64,000 bases of DNA, taken from NCBI GenBank assembly GCA_002269645.1, contig NIVC01000494.1, positions 496,001 to 560,000 of the forward strand, written 5' to 3'. This DNA is from Macrostomum lignano. Lineage: Eukaryota. The notes under the pieces were generated by a model. That model searched no databases. It saw only the letters and a program-made list of their open reading frames with translations, and was not told the origin of the DNA. This document shows, in pieces, positions 33,193 through 45,500 of this stretch (within the stretch, counting starts at the first letter, position 1; each line of letters starts with the position of its first letter). The position numbers and the translations under genes were made by a program.

Positions 33193-36050
33193 TCACATCA
33201 TCTCAAAATCGGTGGTGCCTCCACGAGTAGAATTTCCCAATCCACCAGTGGCCACTCGTCCTTGTCGAATTCCCAGCGGGTCAAGTAGCAGCCGACGCAT
33301 CACATGGCTGTAGCCGCGTCTGAACTCACGGTTGGTGACGCCGTACAACAGGAAGTTCAGTGACGAATTCACGTGAGCCAGCAGAACGGCGTAGGCGTGA
33401 GCGTGAACGGGCATGACGTCGCTAGTATCCAGCAGTACCAACAGTCCATACGGCGTCCACAGTACAACTAGAGAGGCGAACGCCAAGAATAGAGTCCGCG
33501 CCAGACGAACCGACGAAGCTCGAGCGCCGTTCGATCCGCCGTCGTTGTTGTTTGAGTCGCCGATTCGTTTCGAATGGCTTCTCACAAACAAGAAGATCGC
33601 CGCGTAGCAGGCGGCGATGACGCAGCTCGGGATGCCGACTCCGATGGAAATCAGCAGCGTTGTGTAGACTCGATTTGCCATTCGATTAAACAGGCATTCA
33701 AGGTTCTTCCTATCGAAAATGTGGCCGTCCATGATGATATAGTTGTGCAGCTCCATAACCCAGCTGGCCAGCCAGAGGCAGACAATCATGATGGCAGTGT
33801 TGCGCTTAGTGTAGATTTTCTTGTACCAGCGGAACTGACAGATGCAGACGTAGCGGTTTATGGCGATGCTGCACAGGCTGAGTAGCGAGCAGAAGCAGGA
33901 GACGAGACAGAGCGAGCCGATGGCTGTGCAGAGGGCCGGGCGGTCAGTGAAGTAGATCTCACCCATGAGGATGCCTGTTGGTATGAAATTAGGTATTTAC
34001 CCCGTTAAATGCATCATCAGCCTCAACTCCGCACCAAACTGACTGCTAGCAATTGATAACTTGTCGGATCAGTTAAGTAGAAACGCCGATCCTAACTAGG
34101 GTCCCTTCCTTGGCTCCCGGATGATGAAGGAGATAGTTCGAAGAATAGGATTTCAAAAGACCGGATATTAAAAGCGCGTGATCGAATTGCTTCATGGCCC
34201 TTCCGCACCAGATCGAACCAGATCAAAGTTGACCTTTATCAAGGTGGCTATAATATACAAATTTCGAAATTTAGCATCATCATATCGACAGATTGGAGGT
34301 ATTACAGAAAATCTGCAGTCAAATTAAGGTAAATTTTATCTGGGCTTGAGAAATCAGCTTAATGAGTGATAAGGCATAGCATTAACTGACCGGATATAAT
34401 AGTGTACAAGGGCAGACAGCTCTCGTCATCGCGACCCGTGGTTCGATTCAGTGGAGCGGCCACATTAATTTGGGCTTGTACAGTAAAATTGGCGAGCGTG
34501 TGCTTGAGTGCATGCCTGCACAGGAATCAACGGAACATGGTTTGTTACATGGTTATGGGACTATGTCGCCGAAGGCGTTGTGTAAGGCTATATTCTTCAC
34601 AACAGGAAGTCGGCGGTCGCGTATGCTTTGTTAGCTAGAAAAGTGATTGTGATTGTTGACTAAATGCACCAAAAGATATTGAAGATGTCAAAACTGAGTA
34701 CTTGTGAACGGACTCCTGATAGCTGAGTTTTCAGCTTGCAAGAAGGTCTGCAACTGTATCCAAGAAATCGATTAACATCCTGCAGCACACTCAGTATTAA
34801 AGATGTTTGCTCAGTGAGCATGGCTGAATCGAAGACGCTGAGTTGCATGCAACACGCAAACAGCTCCTCGTCATGGTTGCATTAGTTGGGAGCAAACAAT
34901 GTCCGTGCATGCATGGTATCTACATAAAAAAGATTGGACCCTAGCCTTGCATATATGCGACTGACTGCTTGGCCAGAAAAACAATTCTATTGTAGGTTTG
35001 AATGATTTAGAATTAACAAAGGAGAATTGTTTACATAAACCAGCTCATAATCTAATGCGCTCTTGAATGGTCGAAGCAGAAATTTTGTTCATCTTCATTG
35101 CCCCAGGTGTTTGGAAAGGATGTTTTCAAGCATCAATGTTTTCAATGTTTTAATTGTATTCAATGTTTTCAATTGTTTTTCATCCATTTATTACATGCGT
35201 TCCCTGTCCTGTGTCCTAAAAATACCTTCTAATCCACTTGGAAGCTATAGTGGCCACTGACTGATCTTAGCGACCTTGAAATTTCATCAGCACGTCCATC
35301 ACGCGTCTGCAGTGTGTGACTTTAGTTGGAGTTTCTGAACCTTCAAGTGGCACCAGGATGACTGACTATTATAGGCAAAACTTAAGTGCTATGCTTTTTA
35401 AAGTATACGCTTGTACGCTCGTAGTCTCCCAAGCAATCGGTCATTGTCCTGATTTCGTCGGCACCTGTAACAGGTGATAATACTAGTAGGTGACTATGGA
35501 CATCCCGGTTGGGACAATGTCCAACTTTTCTGATCATTGAGGCAAAACTCAAACTGCTAGGAATATTTAACTAGTCTGTGAAGCAGTCATGCAGTCATCT
35601 TGCCATCGGCAGATACAACAGGTGTGCATTTACCCACAATGCCAAACGGGTTGGACATAATGGTGATGAGCAGGTCCGATACGGCCAGGTTGACTACGAA
35701 TGCGTTTCCAGCAATGCGCAAAGGCTGAAATCGTAAGAAAAGCCGATCACTCACTATTAAAGTTGACTCATAAGCATGAATCATTAACAAAAGCAATCTT
35801 AATATGCACCTTCCACATGGCGACAGAGCAGATTACCAGAATGTTTCCGCAGGTGCCAAACACTGACCCGAATACGAGCAGCACCATTGCTGGGTAAAAA
35901 ATCTCTGTGGGAATTTTGTTGAGATAAAATTGTCCTCTTACTCATTGAAGCTACAACAGCAAGCAAGTAGGACTCACCAGGATAGCTCAATGCGGACCAA
36001 ACAGCCACGGAACTTCCATTGATTCCTGGAATCAGGCTGCCAGCTTCCAT
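33193..36050 (-). CDS. Class A GPCR, melatonin-receptor-like; exons 36050-35978 (or -35942), 35889-35810, 35724-35634, 33974-33193
   Basis: TM1 FGTCGNILVI, TM2 FVVNLAVSDLLI, TM3 SLCSIAINRYVCIC (NRY), TM6 LVVLWTPY, TM7 NSSLNFLLYG..NREFRRGY. Introns are GT-AG with matching phases (1,0,1). There are two alternative phase-1 donors for exon 1. Confidence 0.88.
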
Positions 36051-37187
36051 GCTGATAAGAATCTCTACTGATTAAACTCTGAAGAAAAACAGCAATTATC
36101 ATCAATAACGCTTGATGAGGCTAGCTAGTTATTCAAAATTTTATCTACATGTACGGAATCGAAGAAGCCGCAATTGGACGATGCAGAATAAGCACAAGCC
36201 AATGAGATTTTGTCGTTTATTCTCATCAGATTCTGAGCTGGAGATAACCGAAGATATGCGATGCTATTAGGCCGGCAATTATGAGTACCTTTTCTCTTCT
36301 AGCGTTTCATTTTGCTGACGCGGAATCAGCCAACTATATAATTAGCAAATTAATTGGTAAATTTTCAATTATTTCATCTTTACGACAGCTGAAGAAAAGC
36401 GGTTCGCGCGATTCTGAACTCATTGATCTCAGAGCACGGACGTCCGTTGAAATATTAGATACCGTATATAAGAGGTCCAGAACTATGCAGCACCAATGAC
36501 AAAGCAAAATCGAATTTCTAAATTTCGAATTAATGTAACGATATATATCCAGTTCGACGATAAACTCATGTGCACCTCACAATATCGAAAGTCTAGCTTT
36601 GTCAAAACATTGTGAATTACATGTAAGTGCTGCATGTAAGGCTGGATGAGTATTTAATGACGTTTGAATGTCAGAAAAAAGTTACGTATCCGGAATTTTT
36701 ATATCTGCTAAAAACCACATGCAATCATCCCTAATTGCTACTAAAAAGACCTAGCTCATTGAAAAAAATTCAATATGGGTCTCTAATTGTCCAAGCTTCA
36801 TCATTAAAAATCATTGATTAATTCTGTCGTCACGACTGCTCAAAATCCCAGCCAGCTACGTGTAATTCGTGCTTCCGGGATAGCTCGTAATTACAGGATC
36901 TGAATGGTTTTCTGCCGATACCGAGGACGCGGAGTACTTTTTATCTATATAATTAGTCTGCTTGACGCACGAAGAAATTGTCTAATTGCAGTATGGCAGC
37001 TACTCAAATCAGATTATTGGAGATGGAGATTGTTGACAAAACTTTATAAGTCCACGAGAGAGAAAAATATAATTACCGAGTATCATCTACTTTCTTGCTT
37101 TTGGACCCAATTCTGAACGACTGGTAACTGGTAAATCTGGTGTGTACAGATCGGTGTGTGCAGACACATATCATATATACATGCATG

Positions 37188-40100
37188 TCTGTTGACGACG
37201 CCGTTTTTGACGACGCCACCCGAAGCGTCACCTCTGCGGGGCTCGACCAACGAAATCGGCTTATCTGGCCCACGATCAACTCCCTAACTGGCCGCAAGAA
37301 GAAAATGGCGCTGAACTTGACCGGCGATACACCAGAGGCGCGCAGAAACGAGCTGCGCGACTTTTTCGCTGATATTGTCAACGCGCCGCCACCGCCTCTG
37401 CCAGAAGCGATGCCATTGCCGCTCGAGACGGCGCTGCCGTAGAAGTAGGATTTCAACACTCAGCCAGTGACCAGCAACGACGTAGTGCAGTTCGCTTGCC
37501 AGGCGCCGGGAGGTAGTGCCCCGGACCCGACGAGGTGCTTATCGAGGCGCTGCGAGTCACAAGGGTCGCCACTGAGGTGGCTCGTGTGATAAACGGCGTC
37601 CTCTCTTGAGGTGGAGGCCGCGCCCCGCGAGTGGGCAACTGCGCACATCGTCGCGATTCCAAAGAAGACAGACACGACACGGAAGAAGGAGAACAGGGGG
37701 ATCTCGCTTATGTCCTGCGCCGCAAAGCTTTAGCCTGTGCTGGACCATTTTCTGCACCCTGAGCATGCAGAACGGATTCCGCCCACATCGAGGTACAGTG
37801 ACGCAGATTCAGTAGCCCTCCGCCGCATCATCGAGGAGGCGCGGATCAATCAGTCAAGTCTCGTGGGGATCTTCGTTGATTTCCTCAAGGCTTTCGACTC
37901 GTTGGTTTGCGGCGCGCTGCTTCGCGCATACAATGTACTGGAGCAACTGATTTTCGCCATCATGGCGATGTATCAGGACACGACCGCTTCGGTGATGACG
38001 CGAGATGGACTGTCGGACCAATTTAGCACGGTTGTCAGGCGTGCTGCAGGGTGCCTTTCCTGCTTGTGCTGGCACTGGATTGGGTGCTGAGAACCAGCCT
38101 GCTCAACACGGATGATGGCTTCCTGCTGCGAAGACGCACGAGTATGCGGCACCCGGAGAAGCGGCTCTCCGATATCGGCTACGCGGACGACCTCGCGCTG
38201 CTGTCATCGACGGCTGAAGGCGCCCAGCGGCTGCTGGATGGATCGGGAGTCCGCCTCAATCGAAGACGGTAGTCTTCACGGTGCCTTCCGACCTGCCAGC
38301 CGAGATCAATTACACCGAGACGCTGCCGGGGATGCAGTCGCTTACCTGTTGCCTGCGGTTCCTGTATCTCGGCGGCCTCGGGCCGGACGTTGCTGACGAC
38401 CCGGTGAGACGCTGAGACCTGGACCCTGACGGACGCTTTGGAGAGGCAGCTGGACGCTGCGCATGCGGCCATGCTGCATGCGGCGCTCAGAGTGCGCAGC
38501 GGTCCAGGCAGCAAGACCAGCGAGATGCTCTACGCAAGGGCGCGCCTGATGCGGCCTTCTGACCTGCTGCGCTGGCGGCGACTTCAACTGGCTGGTCACG
38601 TCATCAGGTCGGCCTCCGCTGCCCTGAGCCGCAACCCGAAGAGCTGATGCTCAAGCTGCATGGGACCGCGCAGGGTAAGGCCAAGGACGCGAAAGACGAG
38701 ATATATCCTGACAGGCTTAATTTGACCGATGCTGCCCGATCAAAAAAAGTTGGCTTAATTATGTCTTAAAGATGTCTTGCATAAGACAGAAAGATGTCTT
38801 CAAGACATCTTACAATTGACTTAATTCGGTCTAAAAATTGGCTCCTTGCAACACTTGTAGACAACTTAGAGATAACTTAAAGACGTCTTCAGACATCTTC
38901 AAGACATCTTAAAATCTACTTAAAGACATCTTCCAGATGACTTGCAAAAGACGTCTTGCCCAAGATCATTTTAGAAATGCTGTTGCCATTGCAATCACAG
39001 TTGTTTAAAAGAAAAATGACTAAAAATATTACAGCACTCTATTGTTTCGTTTCAGGCAATATTGATATGAAAGAGAAGCTATTTAGTAGGCTTCTAAACA
39101 TGGTTCAATGTAATTTATGATTTATGATTTATATTTTCATTTTATAAAAGGCACAGTTTAAAAGTCACTGAAGCAATAAAAAGGTGAATCAAAAACAAGT
39201 TAAAATACACTAAATAAAAATGCAAAAATACTCAAGTGCAAGTGTATAATTTTATAATGCATCATACCCAGTCATTGCATGGAAATACTTGGTTAATGCA
39301 ATAATGACTAAGTTGCTCATTGCTTGGTGGAAAACTTGCTGTAAATTGATCCTTTGCTAGCCAACTACTAGTTTAGAATTGGCTCAATCCAGGAAGATTC
39401 AAGATCCAGGTTAGCTTCCACTATGATGGATAGCATGTGTTGATAAGGCTGAAAAGGATAAGTTTAATAAAGGTTATAGTTTATAGGTTGTTAGGCTGAA
39501 ATAATTTGAAATTCATAAGTAAAAAAACAATAAATATTAAATAATAGATTATTATACTAATATACTTTAAAAATCTAATAAATAAATTGCCTAGGCCCCT
39601 ACTATATATTCACACAAGTGTATCATACAATAACTTTGCCTTAGGCTTAAATACATAGGCTAAAGCTTAGGGCCTAATCTCAAAGCAAAATAAAAAGATT
39701 AGAATATCAATTTTATATAAAACTTCTAGGCATACTAACTCTATTTATTCTCTATTAGGCCTAATCCAATTTTTGAATGTGATATAGGCCTAATATTAAA
39801 TTATAAGGCTATATCTATTTTTTATTTAAATTTTCATTGGCCTAGCCAAGAAAAAAGCACTAATGACTAGGCCTAATATTCAAAATATTGATATATTGAA
39901 AACATCATATATATGCCATTAGCCAATAATAAAGGCAAAGAGGAAGCAACATATAAAGGCCTATAGGCCAAGGTTTTCTTTTTTGCCAGAGACAAGGTGC
40001 AAAAGTGCACTCTATACTCATTTTTATAGTGCAATTTTAAGGCTCAAAGTGCAATTTCTTATTTTTCTTATTTTAGGGCAATGCAAATGAGGCTTCAAGT

Positions 40101-41660
40101 TTAACATAAAAACAGGTTATAAGACTGTCCCTAAATTGCAATTTTCAATTTCTGGGTGCAATTTTAAATTAAAAGTGCGTATACACACTCTACATATAAA
40201 AAATGAACCTAGCTATTGGCTCATGGAAATTATTTATTACTTTTGACATAAAAATCAAAACAAAAACTATTTAGGCCTAAGGAAGAAGCTAGGGCCTATC
40301 TAAGGCTAAGAGGCCTACAACAGAACAAAATAGCCTAATAAGCCAATTCAACAACTATAAAACTTTGACTTTAAAAAGCCAGAAGTAAATAAAACATATA
40401 TTTTTAGTTTTAGGCCTAGTACATGGGCCTCTAGTTAATGCCTGAATCTTTTAAGGCCTAACTTAAAATGTAAACATGACTATGCATTAGTTAACTAGTG
40501 CTTACTAGTGCTAGGCATAGCAATAGATATGCAGTAGGCCTAACTAAAAAAACATTGCATCCAAGGTCCAATTTAAAATTTTAATTTTTGAGTCAGGATG
40601 TTACATAGCATTTCTATTGCCTATTGCATAAAAACATTTCTGGCCAATCTGGGTTTTTTGCTGGTACCTGGCACTAGAATATGAAATACAATCCTAGAAG
40701 CTATCCAAGGAAGAATTAGTAAAAAATACTACTAGGAAGGTCTAATTTGAGGATAGTAGATGTAGCTCGTATCATCACGAATAGTAATACACTATCGCAT
40801 TAAGTAAAGATAAATCTAGGGTAGGGCTTACACCAGAAATCTATATAGGCTATAGCAGCCAATGAAAAATTGAAACTTATCACAAAAGATAGAAGCAAGT
40901 GTTCGACAATTAGGCGGCCTTCACGGTCACAAGGTTGTCTTTTGGTCCTTTTTAAAAAATGTTGTTCCGCCATATTGATTTTAGCTGTTTTTAACAAAAG
41001 CATCACCGATATATATTGCAACTTTGTCTTTTTTAATGCTTAGCTGTTTAGAATTTTGTAAATATATTTGCTCCAATCAAAACTGTTGTAGTTAAACTTT
41101 GTCTTAGAGTTTGTAACGACTTAATACAAAAAATTGCATATAATTGCACTCCAAAAGCGTAAAGGATTTTTAATAATAGGCACACCTTCCACAGACTACA
41201 ATACAACAAAATTTTTAGATAAATGTCACAATAGTTGCTTGTTTTATTTTTTATTGATTTTAACAATCTGGATAAATTTGTATCTGAAACTTCCTACTTA
41301 CAGTAGAAACAGTTGTTTATGTAAATTTTTAGTCTTTAAGGTGATGTCTTAAAGATGTCTTCAACAAGACATCTCATAAAAGTCAATTTCAAGTCATCTT
41401 CAAGACAACTTTATCAGGATAGCTTGTGGAAGCAAATTGTTGAAGATATCTTGAAATTGTCTTGAGGTGTCTTTAGCCATCTTAAGACAATTCTAAGACG
41501 TCTTAAGACAACTTCTTTTTGATCGGGTGGCGCCCCGGACCAAGCTGGGGGTGTGACTTTTAGAGAGCTATGGCCCAGAGACGCGCTCTCTGACTTCTCT
41601 CCCCCTTTCTGGCCCCTGTGTGGATGGCGGGTGAAGTATTTTTGTCGTTGTTGTTGTTCT
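37188..41660 (+). mobile_element. 5'-truncated, frameshifted RTE-like non-LTR retrotransposon (37188-38734 and 41530-41660), split by a DNA element
   Basis: RT motifs IFVDFLKAFDS, PFLLVLALDWVLR and YADDLALL. Removing 38735-41527 plus one TG restores GAT GCT GGC GCC CCG GAC CAA (DAGAPDQ). Ends in a (GTT)n tail near 41645-41658. Confidence 0.85.
38735..41527. mobile_element. 2.8-kb non-autonomous TIR DNA transposon, CACTA/EnSpm-like (CCC ends, 2-bp TG TSD)
   Basis: 24-bp TIR CCCGATCAAAAA(A/G)AAGTTG(G/T)CTTAA with 2 mismatches. TG at 38733-38734 and 41528-41529. Many subterminal AAGA(C/T)(A/G)TCTT motifs at both ends. No transposase ORF. Confidence 0.85.
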
Positions 41661-42566
41661 GTGCATGCAGAATAATCTTGATGGCCAAAAATATTGTGAC
41701 TGTATAATAGAACGAGAGGGATATGCGTCTCAGATTGAGCAGTTTGTGCAACTCGGCCCTTGTCATGAAAGAAGACTGCTGGCATGTACAACTGATCCCT
41801 ATGAAATCGAAATTAATTTTAAGGACTGATAAAAATCTCTGGAAGCTGGTAACTACTTTCGCATGGGCAGCATATCTCTCTAATGCTCCAATCTCTAATC
41901 TCTAATTTCCTTGTAGCTTAAGGTTAATTTTGACCTTAAGCTACAAGAAAAATGTTTCTTAGTCCTTTCTTTCTATTTAGTAAGCTTTTATTTCCAAAAA
42001 CACGACTGTTTGACGTCTAATGAAATACGTTTCTTACGGCTTTTATCATTATATAACAACAAAAAGCACAAATAAGATACAAAAGATCTATACTTCTGAT
42101 CTGTAAAGATACATATAATTTAATTTAATTTTTTTAATAATTTATAATAGCAAATAAATTTACAAAAAAATTGTTGATACAGAAACTGCAGAAGTTCGGT
42201 TTAGTTAAACACTTGTGATTTAATAACTCGACACCGGCTCTGATCTGTGTTTCTGGTAATTGAACGCTTAATTATATTTCGTATACTTTGGCTTTTACTA
42301 TATTCTACTAGTGAGTATTTTTGTTTTTATAATTTAGACTTCAAATTACGTCTTTAAGAGAAGTCTATGCTGCTCTAGAATTAAATATTAACGATTTATA
42401 CGACTAAGGCAGTAATGGGAACGCTAGCTACTGTAGAGTGTAGAAGAGGGTAGACGGTTGTTCTTGGTGGAATGATAATGGTTGAAAATTGTTACTAGCT
42501 AAAAAAGCACACATTAATATATAATCTTTCAAAATAGAATGCCCAAATCGAATATTTTTCAGCACA

Positions 42567-45500
42567 ATGAGCTCAAAAGGAACTCAAACGAAGAAGGGAG
42601 GAAAGAAGAAGCACAAGAAGATGACACGAGCAGAGCGAGCACAAGTAAGTCAAAACTCCTGTGCTTTTAGCTTAAACACCATGTAGAACTATAACTATTT
42701 AATGGGTCTATAATACTTTTTTGTAAGTATTTAATAAGTAAATAGAAAATTCAAATTGTGACAACTAAATGGTGACAACGATACGAACACGGAGTAACAG
42801 CAAAGATCCTACATTTCGCACTGTAATATTAGATTCTGATAATGTATACAACAATTGCGGTAAGCTTACCGCATTATCTTTGCATAAAGTTTAACTACTG
42901 ACATTGAAAATTGTACCAATTTTAGGCTGAAAAGGCGGTAAGTGAAGTTTATACTATACTTTTTACTGTTTATATTTTTCTAATTTGTAATTAGCTCTTT
43001 AGCTTTTTCATACTTTATAAAGAATGTTTTACCCAAATTTCTGCACTTCATTATATTTCTTTATTCATTCCTTTGAATTTGCCTACATGCCTTGCCCTTG
43101 CCCTTGTGTGTTTGCATTAATTATTTGTGTAGTATTGTGCACAAAAATTTCACCTTTACAATATTTCTGGTATTATAGATTTAAGGATTTGTAGAAAACA
43201 AGTTAGTAAAGAGTAAAAGTCTGTTAATATTCATAAAAATTATGTCACGTCATATATAAGTCTAACGAAGTTTGTTCTATTTTAATTTAATAATTTAAAT
43301 ACACATGTTTTTGCAAGTAATTTGTTATTAATATCTGTTTTGTTGCTTCTATCTCATAAATCATGTACTTTCATATTTTTTGAAGATATGCTAGTATATT
43401 AAAGCTGTTCTGTGGAAGTATTAAAATGCTTACTATCGATGTTATTCCTTTTTTGTTTAGTGTGCAAATAAAAATTACTCCATTTATGAGTTCTGTTTTT
43501 GTAAAGTTTGTGACATATACTCAAGTTTTCTTGTAGCAGTCATTGTTTTCCGACGCATTTTTATTATCTGAAAGTAAACATTAAAAAACACGAGCCAAAT
43601 TTATAACATACTAAAATATGTTTATGCATTTACTAGGCTCAACTGGCCAAGATGATGGAAGGCTACAAAGCTGACCAGCAGCGCTACAAAGAGTTTGTCA
43701 ACCGGGTGGACAATTGGTTCACCCAGAATTGCAAAGTCATGCTCGAACTGTTCACTAAGTTTGATCGCGACGGGAACGGCACTCTGGATTATGACGAATT
43801 CAAAGCAGGTGCGAAACGTGTTTGATGTTGTGGTACTAACAGTATTTTCACTAATGAGGTCTTAGCACGTATACCACACGTAACACCACGTAGACAACTG
43901 AAAATATCGGATCAAAAGAGTTCTGAATAGGCCTTTAAATGTCGATAAAACTGCAGTAGACAAAAAAGTTTCCTTGTAAGCTGCCAAATGCTACAATAAA
44001 ACCGAAACCCTTCTCCCCCATCGCAGGCATGCTCGACATGAACATACCATGCAATTTGATCGAGTTGCACCTGCTCTGCACTTTGCTCGATGCCGATGGC
44101 AACGGCGACATTGACTACGACGAGTTTGGCAACGGGATCAAACACTTCAAGTGAGTTAAGAAATCGTCGCTTATCCATGCAGAGTTTCGTTCTTAATTCT
44201 TGCTAATAGTTTCAGTTATCCAGACATTTTTGAGAAGAAATATTTTTTTAGATTTTTTAGGCTTTTGGTAAACATTCTGATCTGATGTGTGGTTAATCTG
44301 GCCTAGTTAATCATCAGGATCCAAGCTTTTGTAATTTGTTAATCTATTTCTTACTCACTGTGTTTCTAATTATTGTATAGCGTGTGCGGTGTCTCACTTC
44401 ATCGTAGGTGGTGTGATTTCTAACTTTTCAAACTTTTTAAAGCACTACGACATTAAGTATACACTGTACGAGTGTACGTGAATGCTGTGAGAGTTAGAAA
44501 ATGGGTTTTTTGGGGGAGGGGCAGTATGGCGTGAGGTGTCTGCTGTGGGGGTTAGAAAAGTAGAGTTTCTGGGGGGCATGGCGTGGGGGCTGCTGTGAGG
44601 GGTAGGAAAGTGGGGTTTCTGGGGGGACAGCATGGTGTGAGGAGGCTGCTGCTGTGAGGGGTAGGAAAGTGGGGTTTCTGGGGGGACAGCATGGTGTGAG
44701 GAGGCTGCTGCTGTGAGGGGTAGGAAAGTGGGGTTTCTGGGGGGACAGCATGGTGTGAGGAGGCTGCTGCTGTGAGGGGTAGGAAAGTGGGGTTTCTGGG
44801 GGGGGGACAGCATGGTGTGAGGAGGCTGCTGCTGTGAGGGGTAGGAAAGTGGGGTTTCTGGTGGGGGGACAGCATGGTGTGAGGAGGCTGCTGCTGTGAG
44901 GGGTAGGAAAGTGGGGTTTCTGGGGGGACAGCATGGTGTGAGGAGGCTGCTGCTGTGAGGGGAAGGAAAGTGGGGTTTCTGGGGGGGACAGCATGGTGTG
45001 AGGTGGCTGCTGTGAGGGGTAGGAAAGTGGGGTTTCTGAGGGGGGAACAGCATGGTGTGAGGTGGCTGCTGTGAGGGGTAGGAAAGTGGGGTTTCTGAGG
45101 GGGGAACAGCATGGTGTGAGGTGGCTGCTGTGAGGGGTACAAAAGTGGGGTTTCTGGTGGGGGGAAGCATGGCGTGAGGTGGCTGCTGTGAGGGGTAGGA
45201 AAGTGGGGTTTCTGGGGGGGGGGCATGGCGTGGCTGCTGCTGTGAGGGGTAGGAAAGTGGGGTTTAGGGGGGCATGGCGTGGGGGCTGCTGCAAGGGGAA
45301 GAAAAATCATGGAATTGTTTAGAAAGATGGAATAGGATTGCAATTAACGTGGGTTGAATAAATTAAAATCTAATTTTACACAAAATATAGTTTTTAAATA
45401 ATGCACTAAACAAACTACAATTATTCTGGATGGTTTTTATTGAAGCTTTATAATTAATTTGCAAACAATTTGTCTTTTTCTAGCGCGTTTATGAAGTTGA

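Noticed and set aside
35485-35525. hAT-like terminal motif (TAGGTGACTATGGGACATCCCGG)
   Set aside because: No matching opposite terminus or TSD found.
44445-45343. Pro/His-rich ORFs of 241-266 aa in three frames
   Set aside because: They are translations of the G-rich intronic VNTR.
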